The position numbers and the translations under genes are program-made. Of a stretch of 64,000 nucleotides of DNA, positions 20,725 through 28,888 are shown piece by piece (the stretch's first letter is position 1; the number at the start of each line of letters is the position of its first letter). Source of the DNA: a bacterium (GTDB lineage Bacteria > Zhuqueibacterota > Zhuqueibacteria > Residuimicrobiales > Krinioviventaceae); assembly GCA_963675755.2 (NCBI GenBank), contig CAXXMD010000002.1, positions 1,664,001-1,728,000 on the forward strand, given 5' to 3'. Below the pieces are notes generated by a model that saw only the letters and a program-made list of their open reading frames with translations, made no database searches and was not told the DNA's origin.

Positions 20725-21285
20725 ATGAAACTATACATTAAATACATGGTAAGCTTGCGATGCAAGATGATGGTAGAAGAAGAGTTGAAAAAACTTGGAC
20801 TCCATCACTCAAAAATTGAATTGGGTATGGTTGATATTATAGAAAACCTATCCATAGAACAACGTGAGCAATTTAAAAAAAACCTGTCAAGGTCTGGTCT
20901 TGAGCTGCTGGACGATAAAAAGAGTATCCTGATTGAAAAAATTAAAAATGTAATTATAGAAATGATCCATCATTCTAATGAATTACCCAAAGTAAATTAT
21001 TCGGATTATATCAGTGAACAATTAGGCTATGATTATACCTATCTGGCAAATACATTTTCAGAGGTCAAGGGCATAACCATACAGCAGTATATTATCAATC
21101 ATAAAATCGAAAAGGTCAAAGAATTACTTTTATATGACGAGTTGAATCTTACGGAAATTTCCTATAAATTACACTATAGCAGTGTTGCCCATTTGTCCAA
21201 TCAATTCAAAAAAGTCACAGGCCTATCTCCTTCCTTTTACAAACAATTGAAACAAAAACGTAAAAAGAACCTGGAAAACATGTGA
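20725..21285 (+). CDS. AraC family transcriptional regulator with N-terminal HMA-like domain
   Basis: KYMVSLRCKMMV N-terminus; YDYTYLANTFS and LTEISYKLHYSSVAHLSNQFKKVTG AraC HTH. Confidence 0.92.
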   Translation: MKLYIKYMVSLRCKMMVEEELKKLGLHHSKIELGMVDIIENLSIEQREQFKKNLSRSGLELLDDKKSILIEKIKNVIIEMIHHSNELPKVNYSDYISEQLGYDYTYLANTFSEVKGITIQQYIINHKIEKVKELLLYDELNLTEISYKLHYSSVAHLSNQFKKVTGLSPSFYKQLKQKRKKNLENM

Positions 21286-21288
21286 TAT

Positions 21289-21317
21289 ATGTAACATTTA
21301 GCCATTATTATGTAACA
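21289..21317 (+). promoter_or_regulatory. Candidate AraC-type binding site (direct repeat)
   Basis: ATGTAACA at 21289 and 21310, 21 bp apart, just after the regulator's stop codon and upstream of the DUF1611 operon. Confidence 0.45.
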
Positions 21318-21494
21318 CAATAATGGTTTGACAAGCCTACATTCATATGCAAGTATTTCTTGTCTATCTCGACAAATCCAGATTGTTTGGGACCTCTCGT
21401 ATAGTTATGTGTACCTGTTTTTATTTTTTTTTTTACAATAACAGCTAATCTTGGGTTTATAAATCAATCTATTCTCCTTAACCAACCCAACCAC

Positions 21495-22667
21495 ATGAAG
21501 CTACAAGTAAATACTTTAAAATACGTATATTCAATTATGAATACTGGTATTAACCTAATCAAAGGGTACCCATTGAAAACAAAAGCAATTGTTTATAGTG
21601 AAAATGAATTCGGCAAGTTGGATGGCAAAGTTGCTAATGGACTGGCCAGACAATCAGAAAAATATGATATTCTTGGTATAATCGACAGTTCCAAAGCAGG
21701 GCTTGATGCCGGAGAGTATCTTGATGGTATAAGGAACGGAATTCCGATCTTTAAAAATATTAAAGATGCGATTAAAAAGCTGGGGTTTGTTCCCGAATCT
21801 TTTATTTATGGCATTGCCCCTCTCTCAACTTTGCTTGATGATGACCAAAGGAATATATTATTTGATGCTATGAAAACAGGCATGAACATTATAAGCGGAC
21901 TGCCCGAATACTTTACAGATGATAAAGAATTTATACAAAAAGCACAAAAATATAATGTGAAAATAGTCGATGTCAGAAAACCCCCGGCACGTAAAGATTT
22001 GCATCTATTCTCTGGACGTATTGTTAATGTCAATGTACCGGTCATCACTGTATTGGGCACAGATTGTGCCGTTGGCAAAAGGACTACCGCACTCAAAATT
22101 GTTGAAGCCTTGAGACAAAATGGTTTAAAGGCCTCATTCGTAACAACAGGGCAAACCGGTTTGCTTCAGGGATCAAAGTTTGGTATAGCGGTAGATGTTT
22201 TAACAACTGGATACTCTACCGGAGAAGTTGAAAATGCAGTTGTAAATGCTTATGAACAAGAAAATCCGGATATAATCGTGGTCGAAGGTCAGGGCTCTTT
22301 GGGGCATCCGGCATTTACCTCTTCGGTTGCAATTATAAGGGGGTCTATGCCAAATGCAATTATACTTCAACACCCGCCAAAAAGAAAAAGCCGGTGCGAT
22401 TTTTCCAGTTTTCCCATGCCCACACTTGAAAGTGAGATCGAACTCTTGCAAGTATTTTCTAAATCAAAAGTTATTGCCATCACAATCAATCATGAAGACA
22501 TGACTGACAATGAAGTGAGTACTAAAATAAAAGAATATGAATATAGATTTGAAATCCCTGCAACTGATGTTTTAAAATTTGGATGTGATAAAATTGTTGA
22601 ACAGTTGTTTAACACTTTTCCGGAATTACAGGAAAGCGCTCCGCTGGTATGTCAACTCCAAGATTAG
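21495..22667 (+). CDS. DUF1611 family P-loop protein (DgcN-like); true start may be TTG 21573
   Basis: GKVANGL, GTDCAVGKRTT, TGQTG and VEGQGSLGHPAF motifs. Confidence 0.88.
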   Translation: MKLQVNTLKYVYSIMNTGINLIKGYPLKTKAIVYSENEFGKLDGKVANGLARQSEKYDILGIIDSSKAGLDAGEYLDGIRNGIPIFKNIKDAIKKLGFVPESFIYGIAPLSTLLDDDQRNILFDAMKTGMNIISGLPEYFTDDKEFIQKAQKYNVKIVDVRKPPARKDLHLFSGRIVNVNVPVITVLGTDCAVGKRTTALKIVEALRQNGLKASFVTTGQTGLLQGSKFGIAVDVLTTGYSTGEVENAVVNAYEQENPDIIVVEGQGSLGHPAFTSSVAIIRGSMPNAIILQHPPKRKSRCDFSSFPMPTLESEIELLQVFSKSKVIAITINHEDMTDNEVSTKIKEYEYRFEIPATDVLKFGCDKIVEQLFNTFPELQESAPLVCQLQD

Positions 22668-23713
22668 AAATAGACCTCAATAAAATCACTCATAATGCAA
22701 CAATGCTGAAAGAGCTGTATGGTTCAAAAGGCATTGATGTTATTGGGGTGACAAAAGCCATTTGCGGAGAACCTGTCATTGCTGATGCTTTACTACAAGC
22801 AGGTATAAACATCCTTGCTGATTCAAGAATAGACAATATCATAAAAATGCGCAATTCAGGAATAGATGCCAGGTTTATGCTTTTAAGGACTCCCTGCCTC
22901 AGTCAGTCCCAAGGTGTTGTAAAATTTGCGGACATTAGTCTGAATTCTGAACTCATTGTTATTCAAAAACTTGCACATTTTGCAATACAATCTCAAACCA
23001 CGCATCAAATCATTTTAATGGTAGAACTAGGAGATTTAAGAGAAGGTCTCATGCCAAAGGATTTAGATCGTACTATTCAACAGGTATTAAAGCTTGAAGG
23101 TATTGAGCTTGTAGGATTAGGGACAAATCTGGCCTGTTTTGGCGGCATTAAACCTGATAATGAAAAAATGGAAATGCTGTCATCCATTGCTATAGATGTT
23201 GAAAAAAAATTCGACCTTTTATTGGAATTCATTTCCGGTGGCAACTCGGCTAATTATAATTGGTTCATGTCAGCTACAAATATAGGAAAAATTAACAACC
23301 TGCGGCTTGGAGAATCAATTTATTTGGGATGTGAGACACTTGACAGGGAACCCATTGCCGGATTGGTAACTGACGCGTTTACCCTGGTAGCAGAAGTGAT
23401 TGAATCTAAAACAAAACCCTCTCTTCCCTATGGAAAAACAGGTCAGGATGCCTTTGGAAACACACCTGTATTTCAAGACCAAGGTTCTATGAGGAGAGCT
23501 ATATTGGGGATTGGTTTGCAGGATATTCCGGTTTCTGGATTAACTCCCAGAATGGATATTGATATTCTGGGAGCAAGTAGTGATCACATGATCATTAACA
23601 CAAAAAACATAAAACTACAGGTGGGAGACGAATTGACATTTAATTTGAATTATGGAGCTTTGCTTGCAGCAATGACTTCGTCATACGTATATAAAGAGGT
23701 TAAAAGCATATGA
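22649..23713 (+). CDS. Alanine/ornithine racemase family PLP-dependent enzyme
   Basis: GVTK PLP lysine, ADSRIDN, MVELGDLREG, GTNLAC, SGGNS, NNLRLGES and GASSDH. Confidence 0.9.
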   Translation: MSTPRLEIDLNKITHNATMLKELYGSKGIDVIGVTKAICGEPVIADALLQAGINILADSRIDNIIKMRNSGIDARFMLLRTPCLSQSQGVVKFADISLNSELIVIQKLAHFAIQSQTTHQIILMVELGDLREGLMPKDLDRTIQQVLKLEGIELVGLGTNLACFGGIKPDNEKMEMLSSIAIDVEKKFDLLLEFISGGNSANYNWFMSATNIGKINNLRLGESIYLGCETLDREPIAGLVTDAFTLVAEVIESKTKPSLPYGKTGQDAFGNTPVFQDQGSMRRAILGIGLQDIPVSGLTPRMDIDILGASSDHMIINTKNIKLQVGDELTFNLNYGALLAAMTSSYVYKEVKSI

Positions 23714-24384
23714 ATACCCGAGAATATTGCATAAAAGCTGAGCAAAAAGAAAAAAGAATCAAACAGCTTTATCCTACTTTTCCTGTCAAAGAAGATAATT
23801 CTCCACTGGTTAGTCTAAAAGATTCGGGATTTAGTTTAATGTTTGAGCCCACAATTATAGAAAATTATCAATATTTGGTAAGAGAAGCTGTTTATGAAAA
23901 AATTGGTCGCATAAGTAAAATACTGGCCCGGGACGATAAAGAATTGATCATTCGTTCAGCCTGGAGATCTTTTGAACATCAGCGTTTTTTATGGGAAAAT
24001 AAAGTTGTCTTTATGCAACAAACACATCCGGACAAATCATTGGAAGAAATAGCAGAGATCGTTTCATTTTATATCGCTCCTGATACCTTGTCGATGCATG
24101 CAACCGGTGGCGCTGTGGATGCGTTGATATTCGATTTGAAAAACAATTGTGTTATGGATTTTGGAACGAATGAGGGTTTAAAAATAGACCTGAATGAAAG
24201 ATGTTACCCCTACCATCCGGATATATCATTCAATGCCCAAAAGAACAGAAAATTATTAATTGATCTGTTTGAAAATGAAGATTTTGTCGTTGATGTTATA
24301 GAATACTGGCATTTCAACTATGGCAATGCCTGTTGGGCAATAGAAACAGGAAATGAAGCAATATATGATGTTATAAATCCGTAA
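23710..24384 (+). CDS. D-alanyl-D-alanine dipeptidase (M15/VanX-like)
   Basis: SAWRS, SMHATGGAVD, MDFGT and EYWHF zinc motifs. Confidence 0.85.
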   Translation: MNTREYCIKAEQKEKRIKQLYPTFPVKEDNSPLVSLKDSGFSLMFEPTIIENYQYLVREAVYEKIGRISKILARDDKELIIRSAWRSFEHQRFLWENKVVFMQQTHPDKSLEEIAEIVSFYIAPDTLSMHATGGAVDALIFDLKNNCVMDFGTNEGLKIDLNERCYPYHPDISFNAQKNRKLLIDLFENEDFVVDVIEYWHFNYGNACWAIETGNEAIYDVINP

Positions 24385-24499
24385 ATACCCATTTATCCTT
24401 TAATCATTCCGATTATTTACATAAAAATATATTCAATTGTGTGACACCTTTTCCAATTCAAGAACGTCATTAATGCATTGCGAAGGCGAGGTGGCCTCT

Positions 24500-25179
24500 T
24501 GTTGCTGGAATGATAAAACCAGACTCGGTACCACTGGACGATACTTAATACTCTTAAACGCAAAAAGGCTATCATTTCTGATAGCCTTTCAAAGCATCCC
24601 CTAGGGGAGTCGAACCCCTGTTGCTGGAAAGATAAAACCAGAGTCGGGACCACTGGACGATACTCTCAATGTAATCCCGGCCCTTCGATACTCTGCATGC
24701 GGCAGATACTCAGGAACAGGTCCCCCTAAAACGCAAAAAGGCTATCATTTCTGATAGCCTTTTAAAGCATCCCCTAGGGGAGTTGAAAATCTGTTGCTGG
24801 AATGATAAAACCAGAGTCGGGACCACTGGATGATACTCTAATCCCCCTAAACGCAAAAAGGCCGCCTAACTTGGCAGCCTTTTAAAGCATCCCCTAGGGG
24901 AGTCGAACCCCTGTTGCTGGAAAGAAAAACCAGAGTCGGGACCACTGGACGATACTCTCAATGTAATCCCGGCCCTTCGATACTCTGCATGCGGCAGATA
25001 CTCAGGAACAGGTCCCCTTAAAACGCAAAAAGGCTATCATTTCTGATAGCCTTTTAAAGCATCCCCTAGGGGAGTTGAAAATCTGTTGCTGGAATGATAA
25101 AACCAGAGTCGGGACCACTGGATGATACTCTAATCCCCCTAAACGCAAAAAGGCCGCCTAACTTGGCAGCCTTTAAAAG
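24500..25179 (-). repeat. Tandem tRNA-Glu-linked repeat array (pseudo-tRNA + terminator units)
   Basis: gcatcccctagggg at 24594, 24767, 24887 and 25059, plus 25179 in the real tRNA; spacings 173/120/172/120; partial unit at 24500. Each unit carries a hairpin (aaaaaggctatcatttctgatagcctt or aaaaaggccgcctaacttggcagcctt). Confidence 0.92.
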
Positions 25180-25251
25180 CATCCCCTAGGGGAGTCGAAC
25201 CCCTGTTGCAGGAATGAAAATCCTGAGTCCTAACCACTAGACGAAGGGGAC
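25180..25251 (-). tRNA. tRNA-Glu (TTC)
   Basis: Minus strand GTCCCCTTCGTCTAGTGGTTAGGACTCAGGA-TTTTCAT-TCCTGCAACAGGGGTTCGACTCCCCTAGGGGATG folds as a cloverleaf; CCA not encoded. Confidence 0.95.
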
Positions 25252-25278
25252 GTCTAATTATTTTTTGGTGTAAATCAG

Positions 25279-25352
25279 GGTGAGTGACGGGACTTGAACC
25301 CGCGACGACCAGGACCACAACCTAGCGCTCTACCAACTGAGCTACACCCACC
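25279..25352 (-). tRNA. tRNA-His (GTG)
   Basis: Minus strand GGTGGGTGTAGCTCAGTTGGTAGAGCGCTAGG-TTGTGGT-CCTGGTCGTCGCGGGTTCAAGTCCCGTCACTCACC, with G-1 and C discriminator. Confidence 0.95.
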
Positions 25353-25414
25353 ATATTGCTGAGCAGAAAGCTCTCGTACATAGCTATATAATATATAATT
25401 TTTTTTAATTCTAG

Positions 25415-26149
25415 TCAAGTATTTTTTGTATTTTTTAACAACTTTTTTACACGGTCCGGGTAATTACTGATAATTGCTTCTACCCCACTGTCAATTAATG
25501 GCAGAATCTCTGTTTCTGTATTGGGTGTCCACGTCCAGAGGCGCTTTTGCATACTATTCCAAAGTGCTGCATTCTTTTCAGAAATCAGTGTAAATTTTGG
25601 ACAAACATAATCAAATCTTCTGGTATCTGCTTTTTCAAAATCGCTCATTTTTGAAAAAATCAATCCTACAGCAATATGCGGGGCCAAATCTTTAATACTG
25701 TACAAAATTGTATCTGAAAAAGAAGTAATTATAAAGTCGTTAAAGCGGGTCCGTTCCAGCAATTGCAGCAAGGGTTTTACAATATCCAGATCAGCAGCAG
25801 TATGATATTTCACCTCTATATCCAGCAACATTTTACCTTTGACCTGTTCAATCACATTATCAAACAAGGGCACGGTCTCATCCCCAAATTCCGGTGAAAA
25901 CCAGCTACCCGCATCGCCCTGTTTCAACTGCTCCAGCGTAAACTTTTTCAAATGGCCCTTGAGGTTGGTGGTACGATCGAGTTTTTCGTCATGCATAACC
26001 ACAATGCGGTTATCTGCGGTGAGCTGCACATCCAGTTCAATACCATCCGCACCCATTTCAATGGCCTTTTCAAAAGCGGCATGTGTATTTTCCGGTGCGT
26101 ATCCGGATGCGCCACGATGAGCAATGTTTAAAATATCATGATTCGACAT
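25415..26149 (-). CDS. Glycerophosphodiester phosphodiesterase
   Basis: IAHRGAS..APENT, IELDVQLT.D, HD..LDRTT, IEVK and WT.N motifs. Confidence 0.93.
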   Translation of the reverse strand: MSNHDILNIAHRGASGYAPENTHAAFEKAIEMGADGIELDVQLTADNRIVVMHDEKLDRTTNLKGHLKKFTLEQLKQGDAGSWFSPEFGDETVPLFDNVIEQVKGKMLLDIEVKYHTAADLDIVKPLLQLLERTRFNDFIITSFSDTILYSIKDLAPHIAVGLIFSKMSDFEKADTRRFDYVCPKFTLISEKNAALWNSMQKRLWTWTPNTETEILPLIDSGVEAIISNYPDRVKKLLKNTKNT

Positions 26150-26501
26150 ACATCCTCTTGTCCATGAAATAAGCGATTGCCAATCCTATAGCATAAAACA
26201 AAAAATCCAACACATCAAATTGCGATCCCAAAATCCAGATAAATGGAGCAGGTAAATTCAGCGCTTTGGGAATACCCGAAAGTTGAAAACACTCTACAAA
26301 TACTGCAACAGCAGCTATAATAATCAATTTATTAAAAGGCTTTAAACGGGTAAAAAAGGCGCCAAGCACAAAATATAGGCAAGCTACAATACCAACATCT
26401 CCCACCCAGGCATCAACTGCTGAACGAAAAGGACCGGTATACAGTTTAGAGGCAACGGCAAATACCAGAAACAATCCTGCCCAAAACAGATAACGTTTCA
26501 T
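26136..26501 (-). CDS. DUF2809-like small membrane protein
   Basis: Likely start MKRYLFW at 26501; GD..., VE.FQL and ILGSQFD..DF.FY.IG pattern. Confidence 0.65.
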   Translation of the reverse strand: MKRYLFWAGLFLVFAVASKLYTGPFRSAVDAWVGDVGIVACLYFVLGAFFTRLKPFNKLIIIAAVAVFVECFQLSGIPKALNLPAPFIWILGSQFDVLDFLFYAIGLAIAYFMDKRMYVES

Positions 26502-26511
26502 CAATACAACT

Positions 26512-27744
26512 CTATTCAACCTGCCACATGTGAATATAGGCATTGGTAGATCTGTCGCTAAAGGCATAAACAAAGCCATAGCCATAATAAACCATCCTGT
26601 CCCCTCTCATGGCTCCAACAGATAAAATATTCAGACCCGGCACTCCATTCACTGTTCCCTCTGCAAATCCATTGCTGATTGCAAGATTCTGCTCTGAAAT
26701 TGTGGAATAAAACTGGTCCCATAACTCCCGAATATTGCCCCAATTCAGGGCCGCGGTGGTATCTGAACTGTAAAAAATCCGGTCCATTCTGGAATATACA
26801 TCCTGCCAGATTTCATTCTCATAAAAATGAGACGACAGTTCCTCAGATGTCAAGTTTTTTATGGTATCCGATTCCACCATAATATTTGCATCCAGCACTC
26901 CAACACGTACCAGATCAAATTCCTCGTACTGCATTGAGGTACGAATAACCAGCTCGTCAATATATCCATTTAAATAGTTTCCAACACCAAAACTACCGGT
27001 AGTACCCGCCCCAATAGTCAGGTTTGAACTGGAAACATTGAGGTTGATTCTGTCAGACTCGAAGGTAAAAGTAGTATCAACCGCATTGGTAATCTGCAGA
27101 TAAGGCGGACTGGGGGAAAACTGTCCACGCAGAGAGTACCATTGGTTTGGGTTTAAAGCTGAATTTGCTGTAATTCGCGTAGCAACATTGTCTTTACTGA
27201 TCTCAAAATAAGGTACCCTGTCAATCAGCCCCATTCGGTAACCGTCACCTTTGTAATCGATTTTATCAACAATAATTTGGTGTGAGAGTTGTGAATCAAA
27301 CACATTCAGCACAACATCAACCGACACACCATAAATACCGCTCAATTGATAATAATAATCATAAATCTGACCATACGAGTTCAAACCGGACAATGCAACA
27401 GTCCGTCTGACTTTATCTCCATCGGTTGAAACATCCCATTCCGTATTTGTGAGAAAGGCATTATTTTCAAATCCCGACTCGTCATGCGCGGTTTCACCGA
27501 TATTTTCATCAAAATTCAAAACAACCACGGGCAATTCCACAATTGCGTTTGCCTTGTTCAGCTTTGCATGGATTGTTTGAACAGCATTATCATCCAAAAT
27601 TGCACCAAACGGTGCATTGTGGAACTCGAGTTCAAGAGCAAGTTCCGGCTCGGAAGCCACAGGCGTATTGGGAGATTTCATACAGCCAATCCCAATAAAG
27701 ATCAATATGAGTATACTACCAACAATTCCAGTATATTTAGACAT
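26512..27744 (-). CDS. Lipoprotein with LamG/concanavalin-like domain
   Basis: Lipobox IGIGC; NQWYSL...LTIGA...NYLNGYIDEL LamG-type motif. Confidence 0.6.
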   Translation of the reverse strand: MSKYTGIVGSILILIFIGIGCMKSPNTPVASEPELALELEFHNAPFGAILDDNAVQTIHAKLNKANAIVELPVVVLNFDENIGETAHDESGFENNAFLTNTEWDVSTDGDKVRRTVALSGLNSYGQIYDYYYQLSGIYGVSVDVVLNVFDSQLSHQIIVDKIDYKGDGYRMGLIDRVPYFEISKDNVATRITANSALNPNQWYSLRGQFSPSPPYLQITNAVDTTFTFESDRINLNVSSSNLTIGAGTTGSFGVGNYLNGYIDELVIRTSMQYEEFDLVRVGVLDANIMVESDTIKNLTSEELSSHFYENEIWQDVYSRMDRIFYSSDTTAALNWGNIRELWDQFYSTISEQNLAISNGFAEGTVNGVPGLNILSVGAMRGDRMVYYGYGFVYAFSDRSTNAYIHMWQVE

Positions 27745-27765
27745 ATATTACCTCAGTCATCTAGA

Positions 27766-28872
27766 TTACAAATAAAATTTAAAACCACCAAGCGCCTGAA
27801 ACCCGCTCAAGCCAACACTTTCCGTAGCGGCATTGATAGAACCAAAATAATAACGCAAATCCATATCGATATAAAACCGGTCTGTCAATTTGCGGTCACC
27901 TCCGCCTCCCAATCCGAATATGGTTGCACCGCCAATATCATACGCATTGTTTGAATAAATTCTGGATTCAATCACACCGGTTACACGAGTTGCAGGATTC
28001 AGTTTATAAAGACCGGTTGCACTCAACTCAAACTCGTTTCCATTACTGTTTTGACGTTCAGGGATCAATTCTCCCGAACCCGTCTGATTCTTACCCTGAA
28101 TACGATTGCGTGCAAGAAAAACCCATGATAAAAACTCGCGTTCCATTACCCACAAAGCCTGCAATGTTAAACGATTCCCGGATTTAAATACCTGAATATC
28201 ATTTGCCTGGTCTTTACCATAGATTGTATAACTGACGTCTATCATTAATTTATCATCACGACCCACAAAATAATCAATACCACCGGAAATAGAGAATTCA
28301 TCACCCGGATTATAATTAAAGTCATAATCACTGAACGGCTCATAAGCTCCCCGGTAAAGGAAACCGGCGCCAAAACCAAGTACCAGATCATTCCAGTTTT
28401 GCACCATAACAAATCCCGTGCTTACATCCAGGCCCTGGCCTAACAAGGGTGATTGAAAATTCAGAGCATGGTTGGCAAGTATATTGGCAACCGTATATTC
28501 TTCCTGATTTAGAGAACTTTTACCTAAAGGCAGGTTCACACCAAAGGTTAACAGCATAACCTCGTTGTTAAATAAATATGAACCTCTTATTCGGGTATCA
28601 GACATTCCACCCAGCTTGGTTTCGGTTTGTGTAATCAATGTACTGAATGCAGGAGAGGTAATAACATCCAGTTTCAGTTGGTCATTAACAGAATAAGCAA
28701 ACGTAACCGGAATTGACATTTGCTCTACCTGATCATCTCCGGCGCTCCAGTATTGATATCCAACTTTGGCAGAAGCAGTACGATACTGCTGAAAAGATTG
28801 AACACCCACTTGTGAAAAAGCTACAGAACAGGAAAAGAGAAAAATCATCAATATATAAAACCATCTATTCAT
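27766..28872 (-). CDS. Putative outer-membrane beta-barrel protein
   Basis: Signal peptide from MNRWF; GMSDTRIRGSY, FGVNLPLGK and YNPGDEF (MetA-pathway/transporter-like barrel); ends GGFKFYL. Confidence 0.65.
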   Translation of the reverse strand: MNRWFYILMIFLFSCSVAFSQVGVQSFQQYRTASAKVGYQYWSAGDDQVEQMSIPVTFAYSVNDQLKLDVITSPAFSTLITQTETKLGGMSDTRIRGSYLFNNEVMLLTFGVNLPLGKSSLNQEEYTVANILANHALNFQSPLLGQGLDVSTGFVMVQNWNDLVLGFGAGFLYRGAYEPFSDYDFNYNPGDEFSISGGIDYFVGRDDKLMIDVSYTIYGKDQANDIQVFKSGNRLTLQALWVMEREFLSWVFLARNRIQGKNQTGSGELIPERQNSNGNEFELSATGLYKLNPATRVTGVIESRIYSNNAYDIGGATIFGLGGGGDRKLTDRFYIDMDLRYYFGSINAATESVGLSGFQALGGFKFYL

Positions 28873-28888
28873 CACATCAACTCTCAAA

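Noticed and set aside
23710-24384. Vancomycin resistance (vanX cluster)
   Set aside because: No vanA/vanH/vanRS nearby; M15 dipeptidases are widespread.
24417-24653. 78-aa minus-strand ORF
   Set aside because: Lies within the tRNA-derived repeats; its internal repeat simply mirrors the DNA repeat.
24500-25179. CRISPR array
   Set aside because: Units are 120-173 nt, the intervening sequences are themselves repeated, the repeat is tRNA-derived, and no cas genes are present.
17843-25180. Autonomous prophage or ICE at tRNA-Glu
   Set aside because: No integrase, phage or conjugation genes, and no exact tRNA 3' end duplicate at the distal boundary.
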